Below, in pieces: positions 51,890 to 64,000 of a stretch of 64,000 nt of DNA. The notes under the pieces were generated by a model, which saw nothing but the letters and a program-made list of their open reading frames with translations, was not told the DNA's origin and did no database searches. The DNA comes from Rhodosorus marinus CCMP1338 (lineage: Eukaryota; Plantae; Rhodophyta). A program made the position numbers and the translations under genes. The stretch lies in the NCBI GenBank assembly GCA_029953675.1, contig JAMWBK010000002.1, positions 1,860,001 to 1,924,000 of the forward strand, given 5' to 3'. Numbering within the stretch: position 1 is the first letter of the stretch; each line of letters begins with the position of its first letter.

Positions 51890-53162
51890 CTACATTTCCA
51901 TCTTCTGTGCTCCGTCTTCAGCGGCTGGCGGTGCTTCAACACCTTCAGGCTTCTTCTTGTCCTTCTTCTTCTTCTTCTTCTTGTCGACTTCTTGGGCCAG
52001 GAGGTCCTTGAGGCTTTGATCTTTCACCTCCTTCTCGCTCTTCACATTCTGCGGTGGTTGAACTGATGTCACTCTTATCGTCTGTGAGGGCATAACCAGC
52101 GCAGTGTACTTGATCCTGCCCACAATTTCGCCCTCCTTTTCGTACAGAACCGGGTAGCCGACAACGAGGCCGTGCGTCAGCAGTTCGGTCATACCCAACT
52201 TGCACTTCTGCTCATCTGAAAGAGCCCTCAGGGCAAACGGAAGGGCGGGGGACTTTGTATTGATTTCGCTGAATACTTGTCTAGAAGCCTTCATCTTCAA
52301 CATGTACTCGACATCCACCTGCCTCTTAAAAACCGTCGAACGTACTCTCGCCTCTTTCAGCTTGCCTTCCCCTGTGCTCATCGCAATGTCGATCGCATAG
52401 ACTTCGTTCTCCTCAAATTTAATATCTTCGACCCTGTGCTCATAAGTAGGCTTCCCAATAATGGCCTGAAAGTTCGTCCAGAAGAACAGCGTCGGATTAG
52501 AGCTGGTCCATACCTGAGCACTTCCTTCCGGGCTGTTGAGCAAACAATCGCGGACTTACCTTATTACCATCAATTACATATCGCTTCATTTGGTGACTAA
52601 GCGATCCTTCTACAACTTCCACGCCGAAATCGATTGCGGCTCTGTTAATGATCTCTGTCACGTCATAATTAGTCTTTCCAGGGCGTAAGGCTCTTAGAAC
52701 TGCCTCCCCGGCAACATACGCGGCCATCAGCGCGTCTGCTGCTTTACCAGTCAGTTCCTCATTCCCTACAACAACGCTGCGAGCAGCAAGGGCAATATAT
52801 CCATCAATGTGGCAACCAAGGTCGATTGAAATAATGTCCCCATCCTTAAGCACGGTTGGGTCATCGGACATCGGCGAAAAATGGCAGACACAGTTGTTCA
52901 CTGATACACATGTCGGAAACCCAACTCCCTTCTCAATCTTATCCCCCTTCTCCGTCCTGGCCTTATTGTAAACCCCAGCGGTGCTCTCGGTAATCACAGA
53001 ATCGCCCAGCGCGCACAAGCTCACCACATCAACCCCAGCAGCAACCTTGGCGGACACAGCCGCAATCGCCTTATCCGCAATCTCCGCCGCAGTCTTATAC
53101 TTATTCACAACATCAGGCGATCCAACGCTCTTCTCCTCCTCAACCTTATCCTCCTCTTCCAT
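51890..53162 (-). CDS. PA2G4: ErbB3-binding protein 1 / proliferation-associated 2G4 (MetAP-like fold), 2 exons (53162-52560, 52465-51890)
   Basis: DVVNKYKTAAEIA, GVGFPTCVSVNNCVCHFSP, IDLGCHIDGY, SHQMKRYVIDG, EVYAIDIAMSTGEGK; Lys-rich tail. Confidence 0.95.
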
Positions 53163-54170
53163 CTTGCTTCTACCCTTCCAAAACACCCAAACCAAAAAAA
53201 AATTCCAAGAACCAGTATACCAAATCACCTCTCACTCCCTACCCATTCTCCCACCAACCTCAACAGAGAAAGCTTCACTCTCTAAATATGTCAATCTAAA
53301 CCCTTTTCCATTCCCAATCTTAAAACCTCACCCCCCCTCCTCCCCCCTTTCCTCCCCCCCTCTTTCTCAAAACCAAAATTCACCATCTACAGCTTGATGA
53401 TCTTTTATCAATCCAATCGTCTTCGAAACCCTTTTTTCCCGTACCCCTCAAGAGATGCCTTCTAAACCATTAGATTGAAAAAACTAAAGATAATCAAAAC
53501 TGGGTTTTCGACCCAAGGTGGGTGGGGGGTTGGGGGGTGTTTTCCCGTCTTCAAACCCCGCGTCGACGACCGAGATGGTCAATCAATATAAATACTTATT
53601 TCATATATATTTTCTTGTTGGCAATCAATAATGGTAGTGCGTTTCCGTAGATGGGATAATGGATGCACGAAGAGAAACAAGCATGTTGACCTTTTTCGGG
53701 GGTATTCGGTTGGGGGCCTGTTGTGTTGTGTTGTGGGCTGCAGCGGGACGCGTGAGGATTACGAATATGATCGTACTCGTAGGTTAACATCCTCGAAGGA
53801 TGTTTACCTCCCACAGGATGCTAGCGCCCACTCCTTGCGCCCCGCTAGCATCCTCTGGGAAGACTGCGTTGAAAAGACCGCCTTCTGAGCTGGTTGATGC
53901 AGTGCTTGGCTTTCTTTTCAACGAGGTAGTTTCCCAGTGGAAACAACTTCTTTCGTACGCTGCGTTTTCGCTTCTCCATGTGGTCGTGGGGTGTTTCACA
54001 TATTCGTTTTTAAGTGATATAGTTTATTCTCATTTTACGTTTTCCCGTTGCTGGGATTGACGCACATATGCACCCAACTAATATAGTCAAGGCGCTGATT
54101 AATTTGGAATTATTGCAAAAAACGTTCTACAACCGTGGCACGTGAAAACTCCCGCTCTGATCTTCTCTAT

Positions 54171-57100
54171 CTACCAGTAAGTGAAATCTCGCACCCACCC
54201 TCCAAGCCGACTGTTTGCAGGTGGGTCACCCCGGCGAATCCAGAACTTCCTGTGCTCGTCATAGACCACCTCGAACATGGCAAACGGTATTCCAGGGAGC
54301 CAGTGCAGTCCGTAGAGACTCGCTGTGCCAAACGCATCATTGATCGGAGGAATGTATGTAAGCAGCACAGCCAAACAGATCTCAGAGAAGATTCCAACGT
54401 CCAACACATAGTTCTTCATGCCCTGCTGGAAGAGTGACAATTTCCTCGTCTTGCAGATCAAGCCACCACCAATTTGTGAAATGACAATGGACACGAAGAA
54501 AGCACCCTGCGCGTGCTGCAGAGTATCAGACTGCTGTTCGATTGTCCACGAGTCGAAGCATCCAGTTCCAGCCGGCTGATCATCAATGTCAGTAATTTCG
54601 ATGACATTAGGGTTGGCCTCCCCGGTATTCACTCCATAGTAGTATACCATCGGGGTAACAGTTTCTCCACTTGAATTGGTGAAATTCCCCTGGAAGAAGC
54701 AGGTGTCATAATCGTTGAAAATCTGATTGTTGTTCTCATCGAGGCAGACGAACGCCAAGCAAGGAGGCTGGAACAACACCTGTCCAATGGCCTTGATCAT
54801 GTTGTTAAACTGATCACTACCAGGAATTCCGGAGATTCCTTCAAGCCCGTCAGGAGGTGAATCCGTTGCTGTCCGCGGAATCTGGTCGAACTGAGTTGTA
54901 GTCTGCAGAATGAAGCCATCTGCCGGCGGAGAATTGTAAACGAAATCGAAAACCCCGTCACCTGCAAACTCTCCGTCGTCGAAGTACTGACCGGACATGA
55001 CTTGAGCTGTTGCCGAAAACCTTCGTGTGTACCACCATCTCTGCAAGTCCTCGAATTTGGAACCCCACTGGTTCCTCTGAGATAGACCCGGCAAGACGCG
55101 AGGAGCGACTGCGTAATCGTTCAACACGACGCAATACACGAAGAATCCGCATGAAGCCTGAATGACTCCAATCTGCGCATACGAAAACGAGATCAACCTC
55201 CTGTTCACGAGTCGGTCAAGCTTCATATCGCGAGGATAGCGAAGCATTATGTCGCTCTCTGCTTTCTCGTACGCGAACGAAATTGCCGGCAACATGTCAG
55301 TTCCGAGGTCAATGAGCAGGATCAAGATAGTTGTCAGCGGCTGCGGGATTCCGAGAATGACGTGCATCAGGAACGGAGTGATTTCCGGGATGTTCGACGT
55401 CAAGGTGTACGCAATCGACTTCTTCAAGTTGTCGAAGATGAGACGGCCTTCCTCAACTCCTTTCACGATAGAGGAGAAGTTGTCATCCAACAAGATCATA
55501 TCGGCGGCCTCCTTCGACACGTCTGAACCAGCGATACCCATGGCGATACCAATGTGCGCCTTCTTCAGGGCCGGCGAATCGTTCACTCCATCTCCAGTCA
55601 CAGCAACGATCTTTCCAAGCCGCTGGCAGTTCTCTACAATGATGAGTTTCTGTTGCGGGGATGTACGCGCAAAAACAATCTGGTTGTTCGCAAGGGCACG
55701 GTCCCAATCCGGCTCATCGAAGTCCTTGATCTGCGATCCCGGAATGACAATGGCATTCACTTCACTGCGATCCACCTCCTCCAGCGGAATTCCACGCTCC
55801 TCAGCAACATCTTCCGCAGTGCGATCGCTGATGATGTTCACCTGCTGAGCAATCGCCTTTGCAGTTGCTGGATGATCGCCAGTGACCATGATAACCTGAA
55901 TACCAGCGGTCTGGCACGTTTCCACGGCTCCTGGTACAGACTCTCGTGGTGGATCAAGCAAAGCCATCAGCCCAACGAAAGTCAAACCATCGAGTGGGAA
56001 GTTAAGTTCATCCCCATCGAACACAAAACCTTCTTCGAACATTTCCGGATACTCTTTCTGAGTTAGGGTGAGCTGTGCAAACCCTAGGACTCGCTCTCCT
56101 CCATTCATCATCTTCTGGAGCAGGTTGGTGGTCTGCGTCGAATCATCCTCCGACATTGGTTTTTCCTCACCCTGGAGGTAGATCTTGTCGCACCGCTCCA
56201 AAATCCTCTCAGGTGCGCCCTTCATGAGCAGCCTGTAGTCACCGGGAGACTCGGAGTCCTTGTGAATCGTGATCATGAACTTGTTCGTCGAGTTGAAAGG
56301 AATTCCTCCAATCACAGGATTCAGTGCTCTTGACGCCACTACTGGAGTAATCTTCTCTGAGAACTTCAGAATTCCGGCTTCTGATGCATCACCGTTCACT
56401 TTGCGTTCGTCAATCGGCAGATCTGGATTCTCCTCAAGGTCAGCCTCGTCGAAAATTGCCTTCGCGCAGTTAACAGCTCCGAAGAACAGCGTCTTGAAAC
56501 CCGGATCCTCTTCATTGTAACTTGACTCCTGAGTAGCAGTCGGAGCAGTAAACAGAGTGTGGTCATAGACCAGATGCACAATGGTCATCCTGTTCTGAGT
56601 CAGCGTCCCAGTCTTATCCGAGCAAATGGTGGTTGTCGACCCCAGCGTCTCAACTGATTCAAGCTTCTTGACAAGTACATTCTTCTTGGCCATTCGCTTC
56701 GACGTCAATGTTAAAGCCACAGTGACTGTCGCAAGTAGGCCCTCAGGTACGTTCGCCACGATAATTCCGATGCAGAAAACGATATTCTCAATCCAATCAG
56801 TTCCCTTCACAGCGTTGATGATGAAGAACAAAACTCCCAGGAAGATGGCGAAGGCAGAAATGATGAGCACGAAGTGGTGGATTTCAATCTGCATGGTCGT
56901 CTGCTCCGTCTTCGAGCTCGCCGCCAGACCCGCAATCCTTCCGAACAGTGTTCGGTCCCCAGTATTCACTACGATGCCCGTCGCTGTTCCCTCCACGGCG
57001 TTGGTTCCGAAGAATGCAATATTCCTCGTCTCCAACGGGTTTTCATCCGTGCACTCTGTTGACCGAGCCAATGGTTCCGACTCTCCAGTTAAGGAAGAAT

Positions 57101-57755
57101 TGTCCACCTTCAACTTATTGTTCACAATAAGTCGAATGTCAGCTGGAATCTTGTCTCCCAATTTCACATCAATCACGTCTCCAACAACGAGATCAGCAGC
57201 CTCACAAGAGAAGATCTTTCCATCCCTGTGAACCACAGTCTGTGGTGGAAGGAAATTCTTGAATTTCTCCATGGTCTTCTCAGACTTAAACTCCTGCAAA
57301 AAGGAGAATACGGCGGTGATGATGACGACTGTGTACAACACAATACCCAACACCAAGTTCTCCGTATCCGCCGGGTTGAGACCGTAGGCGATGAAGCAGA
57401 GAATTGACGCGACCTGCAGCAACAGCGCGAAAAAGTTGAGGAACTGCTGCAGAAGTTTGACATACCAAGCCGTAGTTTTGGGTGGCGTGAGCATGTTTGG
57501 CCCATCCTTAAGTAGCCTCTGCTTATGGTCCTCAGAGGTAAGACCCTTTTCGAGACTGGTACCAAGCTTCTCCGCCAATTCTTCGCAGGTCACTTTGTGC
57601 TCCCACATCTCAATCTCCTTCTTAAGGTCGTCATCCTTCTCTCCGTCCTTCCCTGCCTTCTGCCTCTCCAGCGTTTCGGAGACTCTCTGAGCCGTCTCCG
57701 AGTACTGGCGAACCATCTCCAGCTCGAACGACGTCTTTTTCGGTCCGTCCGTCAT
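54171..57755 (-). CDS. P-type IIC (Na+/K+-ATPase-like) alpha subunit, single exon, 1194 aa
   Basis: DNSSLTGESE, IVANVPEGLL, ICSDKTGTLTQNRM, KGAPERI, VTGDHPATA, TGDGVNDSPALKKAHIG, YTLTSNIPEI, DLGTDMLPAISFAYE; C-terminal ...FTYW. Confidence 0.97.
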   Translation of the reverse strand: MTDGPKKTSFELEMVRQYSETAQRVSETLERQKAGKDGEKDDDLKKEIEMWEHKVTCEELAEKLGTSLEKGLTSEDHKQRLLKDGPNMLTPPKTTAWYVKLLQQFLNFFALLLQVASILCFIAYGLNPADTENLVLGIVLYTVVIITAVFSFLQEFKSEKTMEKFKNFLPPQTVVHRDGKIFSCEAADLVVGDVIDVKLGDKIPADIRLIVNNKLKVDNSSLTGESEPLARSTECTDENPLETRNIAFFGTNAVEGTATGIVVNTGDRTLFGRIAGLAASSKTEQTTMQIEIHHFVLIISAFAIFLGVLFFIINAVKGTDWIENIVFCIGIIVANVPEGLLATVTVALTLTSKRMAKKNVLVKKLESVETLGSTTTICSDKTGTLTQNRMTIVHLVYDHTLFTAPTATQESSYNEEDPGFKTLFFGAVNCAKAIFDEADLEENPDLPIDERKVNGDASEAGILKFSEKITPVVASRALNPVIGGIPFNSTNKFMITIHKDSESPGDYRLLMKGAPERILERCDKIYLQGEEKPMSEDDSTQTTNLLQKMMNGGERVLGFAQLTLTQKEYPEMFEEGFVFDGDELNFPLDGLTFVGLMALLDPPRESVPGAVETCQTAGIQVIMVTGDHPATAKAIAQQVNIISDRTAEDVAEERGIPLEEVDRSEVNAIVIPGSQIKDFDEPDWDRALANNQIVFARTSPQQKLIIVENCQRLGKIVAVTGDGVNDSPALKKAHIGIAMGIAGSDVSKEAADMILLDDNFSSIVKGVEEGRLIFDNLKKSIAYTLTSNIPEITPFLMHVILGIPQPLTTILILLIDLGTDMLPAISFAYEKAESDIMLRYPRDMKLDRLVNRRLISFSYAQIGVIQASCGFFVYCVVLNDYAVAPRVLPGLSQRNQWGSKFEDLQRWWYTRRFSATAQVMSGQYFDDGEFAGDGVFDFVYNSPPADGFILQTTTQFDQIPRTATDSPPDGLEGISGIPGSDQFNNMIKAIGQVLFQPPCLAFVCLDENNNQIFNDYDTCFFQGNFTNSSGETVTPMVYYYGVNTGEANPNVIEITDIDDQPAGTGCFDSWTIEQQSDTLQHAQGAFFVSIVISQIGGGLICKTRKLSLFQQGMKNYVLDVGIFSEICLAVLLTYIPPINDAFGTASLYGLHWLPGIPFAMFEVVYDEHRKFWIRRGDPPANSRLGGWVRDFTYW

Positions 57756-60700
57756 GATGGCTAATTTCTGTCAAGTCGACCACACGGAACCTCCAATCCC
57801 AAACCACAAGAAGCGAACCCACTCCCCTTAATGTAACAGGTCTCCGACCCTGAAGTCAGCCTTGCTTCCTCGCGCTGGATTCTTACCGCGCACTAACGAG
57901 ATCCTGCGGCCTTTATAATGTTCACGCGCGAACGACGGCTTAACCAGCTGCTTCAATATCCCTGCCAAATTTCTTTGCAAAAACTAACGGATCGAACCGA
58001 AACCCTGCCAAAAGCACTCATTTTGTAGGAGACACTTTGCTCAGTTCCTCATCTCTCCCATTTCACTAGTCAACTTCATTTCGAAACTCTTTCTTTTCCC
58101 CTCCCCCCCCCTCCCCTCCCCCCTCTGAAACGCATTCGTCAACCTGTGATGTGATGCGCTGTTTGCCCAACAAAGAGCAGAAAATATATTTACAAAATAA
58201 TTCATACAAATGATCCTCCAATTTAGCCACCCCTTTCATGTTTCGGGTGAATCGCTGTCTTAGGTCTTATCTGACGTGTCGAAAAAAAGCCACAAATATG
58301 ATATCATGAAAGTAGCAAAAAACGTAATTGCCTGTGGCTTTGAACGGACCCCCTTGCGCGAGTTCACGCTCTCACGTGGAAATGGACGGTCGCCATGTTT
58401 GATTGGCAATTCGGTTGGCTTCCGTTGAGGGATGGAGAGCTCATCTAACCCCCCTTTTTTAATCTACGCAAAACGCTCCTTGGGGCTGGAAGAATTAGAG
58501 CAAACCCCTCCCTCCATATTTTCCTTGATGCGACATTATCCATTACAACAATATTTTATTCTACCAAAAAAGCCTCTTTACAGATTGCTCGGGGGGGGTT
58601 GGGCAATTGACTTTTTTCCGGTTCCTTGTTGCATTTAGAGGGAATCGCGAAAGGCCCTTTTCGAGAAATTCTGATATCCTGTGACACCATCCTTGCATTT
58701 CGTCGTAACTATTTGTCTCACATCGCGCAAGGGGTTGGAGACCTTCTACTTTGGCAGCAAAGTCCCTTACCAAAACATAAAAAATTATAAATTCTTTCTT
58801 AACTATTTCCAATAACCAACTCAACGCTCTCAAAGGGAGAGGTTTCCTCATGGCGAAGCTGCTTTCTCCTATATTCCGCGAACATTGAAACGGGTTTTTA
58901 CGGCAAAGGGTTCACGAGGAATCATAAGCCGAAGTCGTTCTCACAAGGATTTCTAGGGAAAAGTCCGTGACGGGTTGAGGCGGAGGGTTTGGGGGGGGGG
59001 GGAGAGGGGGAAGTGGGGGCTAAGGCAGTCTAATTCGCTTATCGATCTAAACGGACAAGCAAATCGCTGCGAGTCATTTGACTGTTGGCGAATAGGAACG
59101 ATTTGCTGGGCAGAATTTTTTCCTCATAGCTCGATATATTTTTAAGAATATGAAAAAACAAGAATTAATATTCAAAAACAAAACGTGTCCATTACTTTTC
59201 CCGAAACGGTCCAGAGCCACAGGCGGTCATGCTCAGTTCGAGTAAAGGGGGGGTAGAAAACATCTGAGATCAAGTTTGAAGATGCAGCGGCTTGTTGGAA
59301 ATGTACAAAAAAAGTAACTATTCGGAATTGAAGATCTATTTTGTCAGAGGGGTTAAGGTTGGTTTTCTTGCTCAGAGCAAGAATTGGTCCAGCCGCGTGT
59401 CCAACGAAATTCTGTGATTCTGCTCCCGCAATCCACGAATACTGGGTGCTGCGTTGACGATGGTCCAGCCCACGCCGTTGGCCAATGAAAAAAGCGGCAA
59501 GTTCCCAGTTGGGATATAGTTTCCTAATTACTTTCACCAAAAACGAAACGTAAGACTGTAATTACATAATATCTTGCTACATGCCTTTGTTTATCCAATT
59601 ATGTTCAACAAGGTAGAATCGCGAAGGATGATTGGTTTATCGCTTCTTTAAATATTGCAGATCCCTCTGAGTTTGCTCAAATAACATTGTTCCGCTAAGT
59701 AAATACTCTTCTCCCAACTCTTTTCTTTGTATATTCAAGCCCCACATTGTATATTCATTCAGTCAAAGTGTATCTGCTATAGAGCGCCGCAAAAAGCCAA
59801 TACAAATATTGAATTAAGAACTATATGCATAGGTATATTCGGAGGACAATCATTGGTGAGTTTCTATTCCCCAATAGGCTGTGTGCTCCAACACTGACAA
59901 TAGGAGCGAAGACAAAGAATTGTGGATAGTACGACTTTTAGCCCGCTTCGGACTACCCATAGAACTCTACCTCAGCGTGCCTTGGAACTACAAAACTATT
60001 TCAGCCAAACGCTACAATTTTGGTTCAGGGGGTTGCAAAGATAATTCCAACATCCCCTTGGCTGCAGTCTAAATTACTGCCTACCTGACGGTCATTCTCT
60101 CAAATAGATAATAAAAAAACAAGATCAGGTGCTGAGTAATCCAATGATTCACGAGGAGCACTGATGTGCATGATAAATATTGGTTTATATTCGTTTTGAT
60201 TGTAGCAGATATAGATACATACAATTTTGTCCTTTTTTTTATTGACATTTCGTAGAAGGACATTTCCTTTTGAGCGCATCGTTGTCCTGAGACATCGACT
60301 CAAAAACTTTGAAATTCTATTAGGAGCTTTGCGATAGATCCATAGTCGAAAAGGTCAGGCGCGGAGACAACCTTTGCTAGGACGGTTTTGATTCGTGGGG
60401 GGAGGACTGTAAGGGGTTCCATTGGTAGTTGGAGACACGAAGTGGAATCGGGTTTTCGGTATCCGAATCTGATATGCAGATTGATCATTGAGGCTTTGTG
60501 ACAGGAGAGCAGGGTCTACTCACAGCAGCCGTGTGCCAGGGGTTACAACTCTCTTCACCGTAAATTGAATCGTTCGGAATGGATTGCGCAGTTTTCATTC
60601 CGTTGTGGTCTTCCTCGGGCTGGTAGGAGTTCAAAGGGTATATGGTATATGCTATGACTCTTGTTTGACAGTGCCAGTTTGTGCCTCCAACTCCTGCCGG

Positions 60701-62148
60701 ACTGAGTGCTCGGAATCTCAAGGTGGAGGGCAGAAGACTCCAAAGCGCGTTCGTACGCGGTGCCAACGATCCTGTAAACGACTGAAAATAGATTAGATAA
60801 CGAAACCCACTCGATTTGTCATTACTAAACCGCTTTGGACTAAGAGCAACGCTTTGCTGACAGCTCCATGCGACATCGTGCAGTCTTAAAGCTTGCATCT
60901 CGGTGCAGCAAGGTCCAATTCTTCCGCACAATCATGGTCCAGGAACTGAATATTGTGCGCAAACTGGGCCTTGCGCAAGATCTGGCGACCTCCACATAGA
61001 TTAGAGCATCGCAGTTCGAAAAGGCGTGTTTCTGGAGCCTATCAGACCATAGAGGCTTCCTTGGTACGATCAGTAAATATACGGCGGCTCGAGAAAGATG
61101 TGTATGGATGCTTCCCCACACGATGCGCGAAAACCGCTTGAATGTACAGAGTCGTTAGTGAATGACCAATGGGTCTAAGGCGTCGGAACTTGCTGCTTTT
61201 ACCCCCTTCCCACCCCCCCCTGGAGAGGGGATGTATGGTTTTGCGTTCCTCGATACCTCAACGCTTAACACAAGCGTAGTGAGCCAGAAAGGCGTCAATA
61301 TCTATCCATTGTAGCACGTGTAGATCGATTTAGCTCATTCTGTACGTATAGCTGACCTGCTCACCTCTTGAGCTTGTTTTCAACGAGCGCGTAAATCTTC
61401 GCACTTGCTGTAGTTCTATGTGTCGTTCACGTTTCCTTTCCGTTGGACCTTGTGCCCTGCGCATGCAGACAACCACGCCATCGCTGAAGGTTTGCCAGAA
61501 TCCGAGCACCTCTCTGATCTTTGATCTTGAGAGGTAAGGACAAGTACATGCCAAATCAAACAGCACCAGTTGCTTAGCGCTCGAAATTCTGCCCCCACGT
61601 GAGACAATCCCAATCGATCCTCAAGCAATGCTAATCATCATACCGCGGATCCCACTCCAGAGTAGGGACTGAACCAATGATTTTGGATTATCACGGTGGT
61701 GCTCAACCTACAAATTGGTGTTTTATGAATAAAAAACATTCATGCAAGATCGTAGTTCCTAAATAAAGCTACAAAAATTCATAATTAAACCCATGATGGT
61801 GGCAAGGAGGGAGTTGAGGATTCGCGAGGTCGCGGTGATCTAGTAAGTGTCGGCGTCGAGGTCGGAGGGAGGTTGTCGACCGATTCGTATGAGAGTAGTG
61901 ATGGTAAACGTACGGTCTTTTTTGAAGTATTTTTGGGGTTTAATATGAAACCTCAAGAAACTGAAACTGTATGATGATGTTGAAAGCGATCGCTTGACGA
62001 CGGCCTTCGCGAGAGGAAGTGAGAAAGTGTTGTGAGTTGTTCGCGTCTTCGTTGGGAACGGAGACGGAAGTGGCAGATTTTGATTTCGGATGCGGCGTTT
62101 GTTGTTCAGCAGGTGGATCTGACTGAAGCATTGACAACCAGTGCTTGC

Positions 62149-63339
62149 ATGATGACGGACGCCTATTCTATCGAAAAGTATGTTTTCCTTTAGTCAGCTG
62201 CGTCCTTTCGTTGCAATGGTTCGAATGGTGTCGCTTTGTTTTGCTGGTTTTATTACCGTGCTTCGTCTCACATTTTTTCTGTTCTTTCTTGTCTTTCTTG
62301 GACATAGCAATGCCGAACTTACGGCTGAGAAAAAGTCCACTCCGGAGGTCCAGATGTCGTCTGCTTCGGATTTTACAGTTCCAGCTTCGCAGAACTCCTC
62401 CCTGACGCGATCGTCCCGTGGAAGCATGAAGGTTGGAAACAAGCACCAAGCGGTTTTGCCACAAAAGAAATATTTTACCAAAGAGGCTAGAGAGAGTGTC
62501 AGAGTCGATTCTGCACTTGTCTGGGATCCGATGCGTACCTCGAAGAGCATTGTTGATGCGTATAAATCCAAGTGCGATGAGCTTCACTTGCAGAACTTTG
62601 GGGAGGAGATGGTACACGGATTTCTGCTCCACCATTTGGTTAATGTATCCATAGCTCCTTTGCGCCTGGAGGTAACTAACCTGTGAGCGTCGGACTTTGT
62701 TCGCGTGGAAAGCCCCCAAAGGTTTATCAGGCCGCGATGATGTGCCTGAGGCGGCACGAATACTCTGCCGACAAAGCTCTCAAAGAATTCGAAGTAGGCG
62801 ATTTGGCAGCGGCCATGCGCATGACTGAGAAGCATCCTTTCGTTCCCTTTGCTATAATCCCTGGGGAGAACAAGACTTTTGATTTTGTGGGGATTGCTGA
62901 GGAACAGGAGAAAGAGTTTGCTCAGTTATTGCTCTATCTTGGCAAGGACCTGTCAGTAAGTTGCCGCTGCAGGACGACAAGCCCTGGAACTCTGCATCGC
63001 ATGTCCTAACGATTGTCCTCTGAACCACTGTTACAGTCGATAGGAGAGAGCATTTCCGCCGACTCTCCCGAGATTATCGTTCGGTATTACTATCAGCGCT
63101 ACAAGCAAGTGTCATACTTGCGAGGAGAAAAGCAACGAGACTCGAAGCTCGTCGAATACAGTTCCGAGCCACCAAATGAACAAGCGATGGATGCCAAGCG
63201 AGTGATCGCTGCGCTTCGAGTACTTGCTTTGTCTAGCCACGACTCATTTGAGGTCGACAAAAGAGTCGTGAAAGCGGTCAGCTTCTTCCGGAACAAGAGA
63301 ACATGGGTGAAGCTTATCAAGAAGGCCCAAGGGAACTGA
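62149..63339 (+). CDS. ELM2/SANT-like chromatin co-repressor protein, 4 exons (62149-62177, 62308-62611, 62722-62955, 63037-63339); start tentative
   Basis: ELM2-like MKVGNKHQAVLP...LVWDP; AMMCLRRHEYSADKAL; SANT-like EKEFAQLLLYLGKDL|SIG..IIVRYYY; phase-consistent introns. Confidence 0.7.
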
Positions 63340-64000
63340 CCAAGTAGGACGGCTACGGATTGTCCGTGGGCGGAGCACGGTTTGACATTAATGGTTAGTA
63401 TCCCAGTTTTCAGAGCAAAGTTGCGTATCCCGAGATCGTAATGTCCATTCCTTCAAAGCCTGAGAGGATGATTGCATCGACTTGACACCTCTTGTTTGAG
63501 GGACCTTGTGTCCCGCTGAACGTAGATTTGCTTCAATTTGTATCTGATCGCTTGTCCCCCTTCGGGTGAACAGGAAATCTGAACATTGTGAAACTGGAAT
63601 CTGATGGCAGCGGATTGCTTTTTTTTTTATTGCAGGCGTCTGGAACGTTCGCCGAGATTTCTTAGCCCTCGTCCACGTTTCCCAGAATCATAGCCTTGGT
63701 CCAGCTTCAGGTTGGATGCGTTTTGGGTCACAGCACGATCGTCGTGCATAGATCCGAGAATTCAAGGATACCGGACATATCGCACGTTCCCGAAACTCTG
63801 GGTGCGTTCAAGAGGCAGGGATTGTGGCGTCGAGGTACAAACCATGTCACTAGGAGACTGGCGACGCCCGCAAATTTTTTTGGTTGCTTGAGGTACTGAA
63901 ATTTCAGGGGCACTCGTGTTCGAACGAACTTTAGGCTACCTTGTTCTCTGCTTCTACCCACGCCACTGGAAAGCTTCTGTTTGAAAGGTAGTCCTTATTG

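Noticed and set aside
54958-57764. Multiple overlapping antisense ORFs over the ATPase (and similarly over CCT3, EBP1 and BK)
   Set aside because: These are shadow ORFs caused by codon bias of the real gene.
58400-59060. G/C homopolymer tracts as special G-quadruplex elements
   Set aside because: Similar tracts occur in many intergenic regions of this window, so there is nothing specific here.

Overview
Gene-dense eukaryotic nuclear DNA with short GT-AG introns, mostly about 70-130 nt. It is most likely from a red alga (inference from MAF-type plastid transit peptides, DVR, a CGL160-like domain, a plant-like cryptochrome and an algal-type Na+/K+-ATPase). Supported genes: a Myb-like 3' end, two convergent RING paralogs, a RING/degenerate P-loop protein, TFIIE-alpha, penta-ubiquitin, a roughly 1,050-aa cryptochrome, AMPK/SnRK1 beta, a plastid CGL160(Atp1)-like/guanylate kinase fusion, DVR, a DnaJ-type zinc-finger protein, two methyltransferases, a Slo/BK-like K+ channel, CCT3, RPS25, EBP1/PA2G4, an intronless P2C ATPase and an ELM2/SANT-like protein. 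There is also a young, internally rearranged 3.44-kb Ty3/gypsy chromovirus. The strongest findings only appear after manual splicing. (1) The cryptochrome PHR domain splices in frame to a C-terminal RFX-like winged-helix domain, a candidate one-component blue-light transcription factor. (2) An ATP-synthase-assembly (Atp1/CGL160-like) membrane domain splices in frame to guanylate kinase. (3) The LTR element carries a fold-back inversion/deletion and a 45-bp flanking duplication. All exon models were built by eye and need transcript confirmation; no database searches were run.
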